Shown here one piece after another: positions 1 through 9,504 of a stretch of DNA of 64,000 bases. Origin of the DNA: Candidatus Nomurabacteria bacterium RIFCSPHIGHO2_12_FULL_42_19 (GTDB lineage Bacteria > Patescibacteriota > Minisyncoccia > Phycocordibacterales > UBA9973); contig MFUM01000008.1 of NCBI GenBank assembly GCA_001786955.1, positions 11,062 through 75,061 on the forward strand, written 5' to 3'. The notes under the pieces were generated by a model. The model was not told the origin of the DNA, ran no database searches, and saw only the letters and a program-made list of their open reading frames with translations. A program made the translations under genes and the position numbers. Every line of letters begins with the position of its first letter. Within the stretch, counting starts at the first letter, position 1.

Positions 1-441
1 GAAGCTCGGGCGAAAGCTATTGATGCTTATTTTGCCAAGCGTGATATGCCGCTCGAAGGAGTAGGTATGAAAATGGTGCAAGCGGCGGAAGATAACGACC
101 TTGACTGGCGTCTTTTGCCGGCTATTGCCGTGCGGGAATCGACCGGGGGCAAAAATGCCTGCGATAGAGTAGAAAACAATTCCTTCGGCTGGGGTTCCTG
201 CAAAATCGGTTTTAAATCCAACGAAGAAGCGATTAAAACTGTAGCTAAAAATCTTGGCGGAAATAATCCGAATACCGCCCATCACTACGATAATAAAACC
301 ATCAAGCAGATTTTACGCGCCTATAATCCTCCTTACATTGTGCCTCGTTATGCCGAACAGGTAATGTCTATCATGAAAGCGATTGGGACAGAAGATATGG
401 CAATAAAAACGGAAATAGAAATAGCTGTCATTAAAACATAA
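1..441 (+). CDS. Partial CDS (5' end outside window); C-terminal region resembling a glucosaminidase/lysozyme-like peptidoglycan hydrolase domain
   Basis: Reading frame is open from base 1. The motif 'AIAVRESTGGK...NNSFGWGSCKIGF' resembles the glucosaminidase (FlgJ-like) 'ESGWG...NNLFGIK' signature. A hairpin terminator follows the stop. Confidence 0.4.
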   Translation, partial: EARAKAIDAYFAKRDMPLEGVGMKMVQAAEDNDLDWRLLPAIAVRESTGGKNACDRVENNSFGWGSCKIGFKSNEEAIKTVAKNLGGNNPNTAHHYDNKTIKQILRAYNPPYIVPRYAEQVMSIMKAIGTEDMAIKTEIEIAVIKT

Positions 442-444
442 CTA

Positions 445-472
445 AAAAATCCCGCTTAATGCGGGATTTTTT
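445..472. terminator. Bidirectional rho-independent terminator (aaaaaatcccgc-ttaat-gcgggatttttt)
   Basis: Perfect GC-rich stem flanked by A-run and T-run, between convergent genes. Confidence 0.7.
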
Positions 473-480
473 AGTTATGT

Positions 481-1560
481 TTATTCTAGATACACCAAGG
501 TCATCTTCTGGTCTTTTGGCTCAAAAAGTGTAATTTGGAAATTATAATTCTTGCCGAGTTCCAGTTTTTCGCGGAGTTTCGTCTCGGAAGGGAAAGTTGA
601 GTTGTGCACCAGCCCGGCCACGCCCTCTTTGATGGAAACGAGAGCGCCGTGCTTGTTGTATTTTATTACCACTCCCTTAATGATATCTCCTTTCTTTAAT
701 TTCCCTTCAAATTCTTTCCAAGGGTTTTCCTTGAGCGCTTTTATGGAAAGGGATATTTTCCCGTCTTTTATTTCAATCACTTTTGCTTTCACTTTATCTT
801 CCACTTTGAACATATTGCGCGGATCTTCCACTAGCCCCCAATCAAGTTCGGAAATATGCACGAGTCCTTCCAGCCCTTCTTCCAGCTTCAGGAACACGCC
901 GAAATCCACGATTCCGGCGACGATGCAATCCAAATTGTCGCCGATATTGTATTTGCTCAGGATTTCTTTTTTTTCTTCGGGATTGTTGTCTTTTTCGGAA
1001 AAAATCAATTTGCCTTCTTTCGGAAGCGTGGAAATAATCATCACGGAAATATGCTGACCAATAAGCTTTTTCAATTCTTTCAATATTTTATCTTTATCTG
1101 AATCTAAAACGCGAGGATAATGGTCCGCTTTGAGCTGGGAAGCGGGTAGGAACCCCTGGATACCCTGCCATTCTAAAATCAAGCCTCCTTTGTTCGCATC
1201 CTTTACTTCCAAATCTAGGACTGTCTTTGTCTTGATTGCCTTTTCCGCTTCGCTCCAGGCGAGTGCCTGCTTTGCCTCCTTCAGGGAAAGTTCCGTGTAG
1301 CCATCCTCATTTTCCACTTCGACGATTTTTGCCTTGATGATGTCGCCGAGGCTGATTTTTCTTATAATGTCTTTCGCGTTTATAAATTCCCGGCCGTAAA
1401 TAATGCCCGTGCCGAAAGGCGCCAAGTCTACGTAAACAGAGGATTTTTCCACTAAAATTACCGGACCTTCCACCAGAGAATCAACTTCCGGTCTATTGGC
1501 GCTGCGGTCAGTGATGGAACTCAAAATCAAATTTTCTTTGATTATTTCTTCTTTTATCAT
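481..1560 (-). CDS. rpsA: 30S ribosomal protein S1 (four S1 domains)
   Basis: Repeated S1/OB-fold modules with ~70-aa periodicity; length and composition typical of reduced-genome S1. Confidence 0.8.
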   Translation of the reverse strand: MIKEEIIKENLILSSITDRSANRPEVDSLVEGPVILVEKSSVYVDLAPFGTGIIYGREFINAKDIIRKISLGDIIKAKIVEVENEDGYTELSLKEAKQALAWSEAEKAIKTKTVLDLEVKDANKGGLILEWQGIQGFLPASQLKADHYPRVLDSDKDKILKELKKLIGQHISVMIISTLPKEGKLIFSEKDNNPEEKKEILSKYNIGDNLDCIVAGIVDFGVFLKLEEGLEGLVHISELDWGLVEDPRNMFKVEDKVKAKVIEIKDGKISLSIKALKENPWKEFEGKLKKGDIIKGVVIKYNKHGALVSIKEGVAGLVHNSTFPSETKLREKLELGKNYNFQITLFEPKDQKMTLVYLE

Positions 1561-1650
1561 ATGTTTGATTAAACCCCGACGATTCTGTCGGGGTCCCGAC
1601 TTTACGTCGGGATTAAAAAATCCGCCATAAAGCGGATATAAGGCTTAGGT
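1561..1650 (-). promoter_or_regulatory. rpsA 5' leader with three consecutive stem-loops and no obvious SD
   Basis: Hairpins ccccgac-gattct-gtcgggg, cccgac-ttta-gtcggg and atccgc-cataaa-gcggat lie directly upstream of the rpsA start codon. Confidence 0.35.
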
Positions 1651-1800
1651 TTTCCGACGCAAGGCCGGAAGGTTACCCTAAAACACGCTTTTAATAAATA
1701 TTTACTTGTATAAACATACTACTACAAAACCACAAAAATGCAAGTCGGAAGACGTATTCTTTATTTTCTTTTTCTTTGAAATTTTGCTATAATACATAGA

Positions 1801-2427
1801 ATGATAATCACATATTTCGGCAAGCAGTTTTTCAAAATTCAGCAAGGGGAGATGGTCCTGGCTTTTAATCCCGTCAGTAAAAGCTCAAAAACGGGCATTT
1901 CTGCCCATTTTGGCGCGGATATAGCCATGATAACCACTAATCATCCCGACTACAACGGCATTGAACAGCTCTCGCACGGCGAACGGGAACCTTTTGTTAT
2001 TACCGGACCGGGGGATTACGAGATAAAGGAAATTTTTATCAAAGGAGTATTGTCGGACGCGCTGATTGCCTCGAGAAAATATATTAATACCATTTATCTG
2101 TTTTCCGTCGATAATATTAGTATTGCTTTCCTCGGAGCCTTGTCGGATTCCGAACTTTCCAAAGAATCGCGCGAAGCCATAAATAGCCCGGATATTATTT
2201 TTATTCCAGTCGGCGGAAAGGGAATGCTGGACGCCAAGGCATCCGCCAAACTCGCTTCATCGCTGGAACCGAAGTTGGTAATCCCGATGGACTATGACGA
2301 GAGCACACTGAAAATATTTCTTAAAGAAATGGGTGAAGAAAAGGCCGAAACAGCGGACAAACTGACACTCAAGAGAAAAGATTTGGATAATAAAGAAGGG
2401 GAAGTGGTCGTTTTAAAAGCAACATAA
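1801..2427 (+). CDS. MBL-fold (UPF0173-like) metal-dependent hydrolase-like protein; metal-ligand motif appears degenerate
   Basis: The N-terminal 'ITYFG' and C-terminal 'LEPKLVIPMDYD' resemble UPF0173 'ITYLGH...KPKxVIPMHY'. The HxHxDH motif is replaced by 'TTNHPDY'. Confidence 0.45.
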   Translation: MIITYFGKQFFKIQQGEMVLAFNPVSKSSKTGISAHFGADIAMITTNHPDYNGIEQLSHGEREPFVITGPGDYEIKEIFIKGVLSDALIASRKYINTIYLFSVDNISIAFLGALSDSELSKESREAINSPDIIFIPVGGKGMLDAKASAKLASSLEPKLVIPMDYDESTLKIFLKEMGEEKAETADKLTLKRKDLDNKEGEVVVLKAT

Positions 2428-2466
2428 CAGATAGACCACAGGTCCGACCTGTGGAACAAAAAGATT

Positions 2467-2715
2467 ATGAAAAGAATAATTCATCATATAAGAAAACAGC
2501 CTGAAGAAGTCCGTAGGCACATTTTACATATCCTTACTTTTACGGCTGCCGTAGTTTTAATCCTTCTGTGGATTTATTTTCTGGGAACGACTTTATCGAG
2601 TCCGGATACGCAAGCGAAAATGAGTCAGGATTTAAAACCTCTTTCTGCATTAAAAGATAATATGACAGGCGGATACAACAGCATATTGGAGCCTAATTTG
2701 GGCGTTTCACAATAA
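2467..2715 (+). CDS. Small single-pass membrane protein, hypothetical
   Basis: 82-aa ORF with one hydrophobic helix, in tight spacing ahead of gyrA. Confidence 0.3.
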   Translation: MKRIIHHIRKQPEEVRRHILHILTFTAAVVLILLWIYFLGTTLSSPDTQAKMSQDLKPLSALKDNMTGGYNSILEPNLGVSQ

Positions 2716-2739
2716 TTTTTCCGCCAGAGGCGGACAGGT

Positions 2740-5199
2740 ATGGCAAAAAATAACGAAAAAACAAAAGAAGAATTACAAGCGGATACGATTCTTCCGGTTG
2801 ACGTTGTGGCGGAAATGAAAGAATCCTACCTGGCCTATGCGATGTCGGTTATTACTTCGCGCGCTTTGCCGGATGTTCGCGACGGGCTGAAGCCCGTGCA
2901 CCGCAGAATCCTGTTTGCTATGCACGAGATGGGCTTGACCTCCTCGGCGCGTTTTCGGAAATCTGCCGCAGTCGTCGGAGATGTGCTCGGGAAATATCAT
3001 CCGCATGGCGACACGGCTGTTTACGATTCCATGGTGGGGATGGCCCAGGAATTTTCTTATCGCTACCCTTTGGTTTTAGGGCAGGGGAACTTCGGTTCGA
3101 TTGACGGAGATAACGCCGCCGCAATGCGCTATACCGAAGCAAAAATGTCCAAGATTTCCTCCGAGCTTTTGCGGGATCTGGAAAAAGAAACGGTTGATTT
3201 CCGCCCGAACTACGACCAGACCCGCAAAGAACCGGTAGTCTTTCCTTCTTCCGTGCCGGCATTGCTTCTGAATGGCACGCTCGGCATTGCCGTCGGCATG
3301 GCGACAAATATTCCTTCGCACAATTTAGCGGAAGTGCTGGACGCGACAGATTATTTAATTGAAAATGACGATGCCACGACTGAAGATTTGATGCAATTTA
3401 TAAAAGGGCCCGATTTTCCGACCGGCGGGATTGCTTACGGATCCAAAGATATGCTCCATGCGTATTCATCGGGGCGGGGCGGGATAGTCTGCCGGGGCGA
3501 AGCGGAAATAGTCGAGCAAAAAGACGGGAACTTCTCTATCGTCATCACCTCGATTCCTTTCCGGATAAATAAATCTAATTTAATAATAAGCATTGCGGAG
3601 CTGGTCCAGGAAAAAAAGCTTGAAGGCATCAAAGGGCTCCGGGACGAGTCCGCAAAAGACATCAGAATTGTCATTGATTTAAAAAATAGCGCGCATCCCG
3701 AAAAAGTTTTAAATTATATTTACAAAAATACCCAACTTGAGTCGAATTTTAATTTTAATATGGTTGCTCTGGTGGACGGCGTGCCCCAGACTTTGTCGCT
3801 CAAGTCCATACTGACTGAATTTATCGCGCACCGGAAGGAAGTAGTGAAACGCAGGAGCGCATATGATTTGCGTAAAGCGGAAGAGCGCGAGCATATCCTA
3901 CTCGGTCTGAAAAAGGCTTTGGATAAGATAGACCGGGTGATTGCCGTTATCCGCGGGTCAAATAATTCCCAAATTGCCAAATTGAATTTAATCAAAGAAT
4001 TTAAATTTTCAGACCTGCAGGCGGCAGCCATTTTGGAAATGAAGCTGGCAAAGCTCGCAGGACTCGAGCGAAAAGCCGTCGAAGACGAGCTTGCGGAAAA
4101 ACAAAAATTTATTGCGGGAATGAAAGACCTGCTGGCCAGCCCTAAAAAAATATTGAAAACGATTGCCGGAGAATTGAAAGAAATCCGCGAAAAATATGCC
4201 GATGAGCGCCGCACCAAAATAGTAAAAGGCGGGGTTAAGGAAATTTCCGACGAGGATTTGGTTCCGGAAAAAGAAACAATGCTCGTGCTGACGGCCGGAG
4301 GGTATGTAAAATGCACCGACCCTTCCGAATACCGCGCGCAAAAGCGGGGCGGCGTGGGAGTGATTGACCTGGAAACCAAAGAAGAGGATTTTGTGACGAT
4401 GCTCGTTTCCGGCTCCACTCACAGCAATACTTTGTTCTTTACCAACCTTGGCAAGGTTTATCAGATGAAAATGTATGATATTCCGGAAGGCCGCCGGGCA
4501 ACCCGCGGCAAATCCATTATGAATTTTCTGGCACTTTCGGCGGAAGAAAAAGTAAGTTCCATTTTGGCATTACCAAAAGACATTGGGAAAAATCCTTCTT
4601 CCTTAATGCTTGTCACCAAACATGGCACGGCGAAAAAAATGTCTTCCGAAAGCTTCAAGGATGTGCGCCGGAGCGGTATTATTGCTATCCGACTGGACAA
4701 AAATGACCAGCTTATTTCCGCATTGGTGACGGAAAAAGGCGATGAAGTCATGATTGCGACAGCTGACGGTCAGTCTATCAGGTTTAAGGAATCCGACGTG
4801 CGCGAAATGGGCAGGACGGCCGGAGGAGTGAGCGGCATCAGGCTGGGAAAAAACGATCAAGTTATCGGAGTTGATGTGGTAAAGAAAGGAAGCGAAAAGG
4901 GCTCATTCCTGACAATGAGCGCCAATGGTTTTGGCAAAAAGACTGGCTTGAAAGAATATAAAGTCCAGAAACGCGGGGGTTCCGGAGTGAAGACAGCCAA
5001 GGTAACTGCAAAAACAGGCAAGCTTATCGTGGCGAAAGTACTGACCGGAGAAGAAATGGAACTGATTGCCATGTCCAAGAAAGGGCAGGTAATACGAACG
5101 GCGCTCAAAGATATTTCCTCTTTAGGTCGCCAGACGCAGGGCGTGACCGTTATGCGCTTGCGCGCGGGCGATGGTATTGCGTCTTTAGCTTGTATATAA
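2740..5199 (+). CDS. gyrA: DNA gyrase subunit A
   Basis: Canonical '[28 protein letters not shown]' and 'YHPHGD' motifs; C-terminal beta-pinwheel repeats; 819 aa. Confidence 0.95.
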   Translation: MAKNNEKTKEELQADTILPVDVVAEMKESYLAYAMSVITSRALPDVRDGLKPVHRRILFAMHEMGLTSSARFRKSAAVVGDVLGKYHPHGDTAVYDSMVGMAQEFSYRYPLVLGQGNFGSIDGDNAAAMRYTEAKMSKISSELLRDLEKETVDFRPNYDQTRKEPVVFPSSVPALLLNGTLGIAVGMATNIPSHNLAEVLDATDYLIENDDATTEDLMQFIKGPDFPTGGIAYGSKDMLHAYSSGRGGIVCRGEAEIVEQKDGNFSIVITSIPFRINKSNLIISIAELVQEKKLEGIKGLRDESAKDIRIVIDLKNSAHPEKVLNYIYKNTQLESNFNFNMVALVDGVPQTLSLKSILTEFIAHRKEVVKRRSAYDLRKAEEREHILLGLKKALDKIDRVIAVIRGSNNSQIAKLNLIKEFKFSDLQAAAILEMKLAKLAGLERKAVEDELAEKQKFIAGMKDLLASPKKILKTIAGELKEIREKYADERRTKIVKGGVKEISDEDLVPEKETMLVLTAGGYVKCTDPSEYRAQKRGGVGVIDLETKEEDFVTMLVSGSTHSNTLFFTNLGKVYQMKMYDIPEGRRATRGKSIMNFLALSAEEKVSSILALPKDIGKNPSSLMLVTKHGTAKKMSSESFKDVRRSGIIAIRLDKNDQLISALVTEKGDEVMIATADGQSIRFKESDVREMGRTAGGVSGIRLGKNDQVIGVDVVKKGSEKGSFLTMSANGFGKKTGLKEYKVQKRGGSGVKTAKVTAKTGKLIVAKVLTGEEMELIAMSKKGQVIRTALKDISSLGRQTQGVTVMRLRAGDGIASLACI

Positions 5200-5206
5200 T
5201 GTATAT

Positions 5207-5722
5207 ATGTTCTCCGACCCGGTAAAAAATTTAAAAGCTTTGGGTTTGCGAGAAAACGACATCGTGGCGGACTTGGGGGCGGGGACCGGGTATTATGCTG
5301 TCGCGGCCGGAACGCTCGTGCCGAAAGGAAAAGTGTATGCTGTTGAATTACAAAAAGATTTTTTAGATACGATCAGAAATAAGGCAAAAGAAGCCCATTT
5401 AGAGAATGTGGAAATCATCTGGGGGAATATTGAAAAAATCGGCGGAACGAAAATAGGCGATGGTGTCGCGGATGCGGTTATTGCTTCAAACGTACTTTTT
5501 CAAGTTGAAGAAAAAGATAAATTTATTGAAGAGGTAAAAAGAATATTGAAACAGAAAGGCCGGGTGTTATTGATCGACTGGTCAGAGTCATCGATTATGG
5601 GCGCAACCGCGGTTATTCCCAAAAACAAAGCCCGGGAAATGTTCGAGAAGAAAGGCTTTATTCCGGAGCGGGAAATTGATGCGGGAAACCACCATTATGG
5701 TATGATATTGATAAAGCAATGA
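5207..5722 (+). CDS. Class I SAM-dependent methyltransferase
   Basis: Motif I 'VADLGAGTGYYA', an acidic residue after the beta2 strand, and 'VLLIDW'. Overlaps the next gene by 4 nt. Confidence 0.7.
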   Translation: MFSDPVKNLKALGLRENDIVADLGAGTGYYAVAAGTLVPKGKVYAVELQKDFLDTIRNKAKEAHLENVEIIWGNIEKIGGTKIGDGVADAVIASNVLFQVEEKDKFIEEVKRILKQKGRVLLIDWSESSIMGATAVIPKNKAREMFEKKGFIPEREIDAGNHHYGMILIKQ

Positions 5723-7008
5723 GAGGAAATTTCCAACTTATCGTCATAATTGTGTTTATTGTTGCCGCTATTTTAGGCATTTTGGTTTTTTCCGGAGCAA
5801 TACCACTTGGGAGCGACGGAGCAGGCAGTCTCGGAACTGTCGTTTTGTGGGGAACTACCCCAACCCGGTCGATTGCCGGGGCACTGGAAGATTTTAATAA
5901 TACCAATCCTACTTTAATCGTGAAATATGAACAAAAATCTCCCGATACTTTCGACCAGGATTTGCTTGAAGCACTGGCTTCAGGCGCCGGTCCCGATATG
6001 TTTTTCCTGCCCGACAGCCTGGTTTTTAATTATGCCAATAAGATTTTTGCTATTCCATATGCAAGTTATCCGCTAAATACTTTTAAAAATATTTTCGCCG
6101 GCGCCGGAGAAGTGTTTTTGACTTCCAAGGGCGTTTTGGCTTTTCCGATAACCATTGATCCACTTATGATGTATTACAACAGGAGCATTCTGGATGCGAA
6201 CGGAGTTATTTACCCTCCGGCTTCCTGGGATGACTTAATGAATCTCGTGCCAGCCCTGACCAAAAAAGACGACTCAAATAAAATAATAAAAAGCGCGGTA
6301 GCGCTCGGGCATTTCCCGAATGTGGCTCATGCTAAAGACATCCTGGCTGCTCTTTTTATGCAGGCCGGCAATCCGATTGTTGCAGAAAAGGACGGAGTTT
6401 TTAGTTCGGTTTTGAATTCACCGGTTGGAAATTACAATCTTCCTTCAGTTTTAAAATTTTACACGGATTTTGCAGACCCGAGCAAACCTGTATATTCCTG
6501 GAACCGGTCTTTTCCCGATTCTGATAATGTTTTTTCGGCGGAAAATCTGGCATTTTATTTCGGTTATGCCAGCGAACTCCAGTCTTTGGTAAATAAAAAT
6601 CCCAATCAGAACTTTTTTGTCGCGCCAATGCCTCAGATTAAGAATTCCAATTTCAAGCTGACCGGAGCTCGTGTGACCGGTCTGGCTATCTCGTCTTTTT
6701 CCAAGAATTTTGATACGGCTTTCACGGCAGCGAGCCTGATGACTAATGGCGATTTTGCTTCCAAGTTTGCGGCTGCTTTAGATACGCCGCCGGCCCGCCG
6801 AGATTTGCTTGCTACAAAACCGGCTGATGCTTATTCTCCGATTTTTTACAGTTCGGCATTATACGCGAAAAGTTGGCTGGATCCGTCGCCGGAAGATACC
6901 GATAATATTTTCAGCGGAATGGTTAATGCAGTGCTTTCAAATAATCTATCGGTGGGTGATGCCGTCAAAGATGCCAGTTCCAAGCTGAGTCTTTTATTAT
7001 TCAAGTAG
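5719..7008 (+). CDS. Extracellular solute-binding protein (ABC transporter SBP family-1-like) with N-terminal membrane anchor
   Basis: 'TVVLWGT...ALEDFNNTNPTLIVKYEQ...LLEALASGAGPDMFF' matches the SBP_bac_1 N-lobe pattern. N-terminal TM helix present. Confidence 0.6.
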   Translation: MRGNFQLIVIIVFIVAAILGILVFSGAIPLGSDGAGSLGTVVLWGTTPTRSIAGALEDFNNTNPTLIVKYEQKSPDTFDQDLLEALASGAGPDMFFLPDSLVFNYANKIFAIPYASYPLNTFKNIFAGAGEVFLTSKGVLAFPITIDPLMMYYNRSILDANGVIYPPASWDDLMNLVPALTKKDDSNKIIKSAVALGHFPNVAHAKDILAALFMQAGNPIVAEKDGVFSSVLNSPVGNYNLPSVLKFYTDFADPSKPVYSWNRSFPDSDNVFSAENLAFYFGYASELQSLVNKNPNQNFFVAPMPQIKNSNFKLTGARVTGLAISSFSKNFDTAFTAASLMTNGDFASKFAAALDTPPARRDLLATKPADAYSPIFYSSALYAKSWLDPSPEDTDNIFSGMVNAVLSNNLSVGDAVKDASSKLSLLLFK

Positions 7009-7023
7009 TCGCGCTATAATGAC

Positions 7024-7051
7024 GGTTGCGCGACATGATTTCGCGAAATCA
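7024..7051 (+). promoter_or_regulatory. Conserved ~27-nt element (tgcgcgacatgatttcgcgaaatcaat) immediately upstream of pilin-like gene; copy 1
   Basis: 27/29 identical to the element at 7765-7798 upstream of the third pilin-like gene. Contains short inverted repeat cgcga-N8-tcgcg. Confidence 0.4.
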
Positions 7052-7450
7052 ATGAAAAAAACAAAAAAATTCCTAATTTTTATTTCAATATTTTTAATAC
7101 TAGTTATGCCGGTTCTGTCTTTGGCATACACACTTGGAGAACCCTTAGTGCCACCTTGCAGTACAGCAGCAGCACCAGAGCAATGTGGATGGGGTCAGCT
7201 AATGGGGCTTGTCGATAATGTTATTACTTTTATTTTGAAGTATATGGCTGTGCCGATTGCGGCGATAATGTTCGCTTATGCCGGTTTTCTTTTGGTCACA
7301 GCGGGCGGGGAAGCGGCTGGCGCCAGGACGAAAGCCAAGTCAATTTTTACCAATGCGGCAATTGGCTTGATTCTTGCCGTGGCCGCCTGGCTGATTATTA
7401 AGACGATATTGGCAATTTTGGGCTACGAAGGGGCTTGGATTGGATTTTAA
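7052..7450 (+). CDS. TrbC/VirB2-like (T4SS-pilin-like) small membrane protein; signal peptide plus two TM helices
   Basis: ORF track starts at 7019; an in-frame ATG at 7052 (MKKTKKFLIF...) gives a typical signal peptide. Two hydrophobic helices separated by the charged loop 'GGEAAGARTKAKS'. Confidence 0.5.
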   Translation: MKKTKKFLIFISIFLILVMPVLSLAYTLGEPLVPPCSTAAAPEQCGWGQLMGLVDNVITFILKYMAVPIAAIMFAYAGFLLVTAGGEAAGARTKAKSIFTNAAIGLILAVAAWLIIKTILAILGYEGAWIGF

Positions 7451-7737
7451 TATGTGTTACAATTAAAACGATGATTAATAATCCAATACCAAATATAACT
7501 TCAATACCCAATCTCATTCAAACCATTCTGGAAGGCGCGCTGAAAATCGGCATGCCAGTCGTGGCATTGGCGGTTATTTACTGCGGTTTTCTTTTTGTTT
7601 TTGCCCGGGGCAATCCAGAGAAATTGACTAAAGCCAGAGAAGCCCTTCTTTATACATTAATCGGCGCGGCAATACTTCTGGGATCGTGGGCTATTGCCAA
7701 GATGATATCTGCTACCGTGACCGGGCTTGGGTCTTAA
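7435..7737 (+). CDS. TrbC/VirB2-like (T4SS-pilin-like) small membrane protein, divergent paralog
   Basis: Two TM helices flanking the charged loop 'RGNPEKLTKAREA'; same architecture as neighbours. Start uncertain (overlaps previous ORF). Confidence 0.4.
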   Translation: MDWILICVTIKTMINNPIPNITSIPNLIQTILEGALKIGMPVVALAVIYCGFLFVFARGNPEKLTKAREALLYTLIGAAILLGSWAIAKMISATVTGLGS

Positions 7738-7764
7738 AATTATTATTAAGCGTCGCGCTTTAAT

Positions 7765-7798
7765 GGACTTTGCGCAACATGATTTCGTGAAATCAATT
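7765..7798 (+). promoter_or_regulatory. Conserved upstream element, copy 2 (tgcgcaacatgatttcgtgaaatcaat)
   Basis: Near-identical to 7024-7051; ends at the likely true start codon (7799). Confidence 0.4.
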
Positions 7799-8506
7799 AT
7801 GAAAAAATTATTTAAAATCATTCCCATACTTTTTTTTACAATCTTATTTCCAATTATTGCCTTGGCTGATTTTGTGGGTCCTTGTCCTACAGGTACTCAC
7901 TATACCATTTCAGGTTGTGTTCCTGACGGTTTGGGCGGTATATTATACAATATATCAAAACTCCTTAATTTAATTATCCCAGTTTTACTGTCTTTGGGCG
8001 TGGTCTATTTTGTTTGGGGAGTGGTGCGGTATGTTATTGGCGATAGTGAAGAAGCTAAAAAGAAAGGAAGGGACAGAATGATATATGGCATCATCGGCCT
8101 GACTGTTATCACCAGTTTATGGGGACTTGTGAATATCGTCGTTGAAACTTTTGGTATTGGTGGTGCTTCTGCGCCTTCATTAGAACCTTTAACCGGGCCG
8201 GCTTCTACCTGTAATCTTGCAGGCAATCCTAAATTTCAGGATCTTTTATGCTATATCACCCGCATTATTAACGATTCGGTAATTCCTTTGATTTTTGCCC
8301 TGGCTACGGTTATGTTTGTCTGGGGTATGGTAAACTTTTTTATACTTAATGCTGATGAAGAAGTTAAAAGGGCGCAGGGCAAGCAGTTTATGATTTGGGG
8401 GATTGTTGCTTTGGCGGTAATGCTTTCTGTCTGGGGATTGGTCGGAATACTTGGCAGCACCTTTAATGTTGACAGCTCAATTCTTCCACAGGTAACTCCG
8501 CCCTAA
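7799..8506 (+). CDS. Tandem double T4SS-pilin-like protein (two pilin modules fused in one ORF)
   Basis: Two copies of the module '...VYFVWGV..Y.IGDSEEAKKKGRDRMIYGIIGLTV...LWGLVNIV..TFG', starting near residues 80 and 170. ORF track start is 7727; likely start is 7799 (MKKLFKIIPILFF). Confidence 0.55.
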   Translation: MKKLFKIIPILFFTILFPIIALADFVGPCPTGTHYTISGCVPDGLGGILYNISKLLNLIIPVLLSLGVVYFVWGVVRYVIGDSEEAKKKGRDRMIYGIIGLTVITSLWGLVNIVVETFGIGGASAPSLEPLTGPASTCNLAGNPKFQDLLCYITRIINDSVIPLIFALATVMFVWGMVNFFILNADEEVKRAQGKQFMIWGIVALAVMLSVWGLVGILGSTFNVDSSILPQVTPP

Positions 8507-8703
8507 TTTGCCAGCTTATAGATGTTTTACTTTAATTATGCTTGTGCTATAATTAAGGAATAAGAGAAGGATAAATAAGCTTGCTTGTTTATCCCGAACG
8601 AAAGAGTTGATTATATTGTATTTAGTTATATAATTAAGGGACATTATTAGTTATTATAAGGTCGTTTTATTATTAACATTATTATTAGAATATTAGGAAT
8701 CAT

Positions 8704-9096
8704 ATGAAAAAGAAATTAATTGTGTTGTCGGGTTTCGTTTTAGGCTTGGCGCCGGTTGTGGCACTGGCTCAAACTACCGGTGGTTTGGTTGGGTGTACTG
8801 CTGCCAATGCCCCAGGAGGAACTATCCAATATTTAATATGTAAACTGGGTGATCTTCTTAATCTTGTTGTTCCGATTCTTATAGCGCTGGGAGTGGTTTA
8901 TTTTGTCTGGGGAGTCATTACTTATATGATTGGTAGTGATGAAGAGGCAAAAAAAGCGGGAAGAGACCGCATTATCTTTGGTATTATCGGTCTGGCTGTT
9001 ATTATAGCCTTGTGGGGGCTTGTAAGAATATTGACAAATACTTTTGGGGTTCCTACGGCTGGCCAAGGTGTTACTTTGCCGACCACACCTTACTAG
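8704..9096 (+). CDS. T4SS-pilin-like (TrbC/VirB2-like) protein
   Basis: Signal peptide (MKKKLIVLSGFVLGLAPVVALA) and the module 'VVYFVWGVITYMIGSDEEAKKAGRDRIIFGIIGLAVIIALWGLV', near-identical to the modules in 7799-8506. Confidence 0.6.
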   Translation: MKKKLIVLSGFVLGLAPVVALAQTTGGLVGCTAANAPGGTIQYLICKLGDLLNLVVPILIALGVVYFVWGVITYMIGSDEEAKKAGRDRIIFGIIGLAVIIALWGLVRILTNTFGVPTAGQGVTLPTTPY

Positions 9097-9121
9097 TTCA
9101 TAAAGAAAAAGAAGACAAAAT

Positions 9122-9436
9122 ATGGATTTATTTTCTACGAAGATAGTTTACGCCAGTCTTGATTCTTTTATTGGAAAGGTAGACCGGATGATTATAAATC
9201 CGCTTATTTTGTTTCTCTTTGCTTTGGCCGTGGCGTATTTTCTTTACGGTGTTCTGGAGTTTTTTTTAAATCAGGAAAATGATGAGAAAAAAACAACCGG
9301 CAAAAGCCATATGCTTTGGGGTGTTATCGGGATTACCATAATGCTCGGAGTTTGGACTATTCTTGGTATTATTACAAACACCCTAGGGATATCTGGTCAA
9401 ATAAATCCAGAGCAGGGAACAGTAGACTTGAGATAA
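9122..9436 (+). CDS. T4SS-pilin-like small membrane protein, divergent
   Basis: Two TM helices separated by 'NQENDEKKTTGKSHMLWGVIGITIML', similar to the module of its neighbours. Confidence 0.45.
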   Translation: MDLFSTKIVYASLDSFIGKVDRMIINPLILFLFALAVAYFLYGVLEFFLNQENDEKKTTGKSHMLWGVIGITIMLGVWTILGIITNTLGISGQINPEQGTVDLR

Positions 9437-9462
9437 TTGTAATAAATCCTGATGCAATAAAA

Positions 9463-9496
9463 ACAAAAAAAATCCCCCTATTGGGGGATTTTTTTA
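9463..9496. terminator. Bidirectional rho-independent terminator (aaaaaaaatccccc-tatt-gggggattttttt)
   Basis: Perfect stem with flanking A/T runs between convergent genes. Confidence 0.7.
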
Positions 9497-9504
9497 GGCT
9501 GAGC

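Noticed and set aside
2773-5108. Multiple minus-strand ORFs (77-232 aa) nested inside gyrA
   Set aside because: They overlap a high-confidence, motif-rich gyrA frame completely. Low-complexity translations; shadow ORFs.
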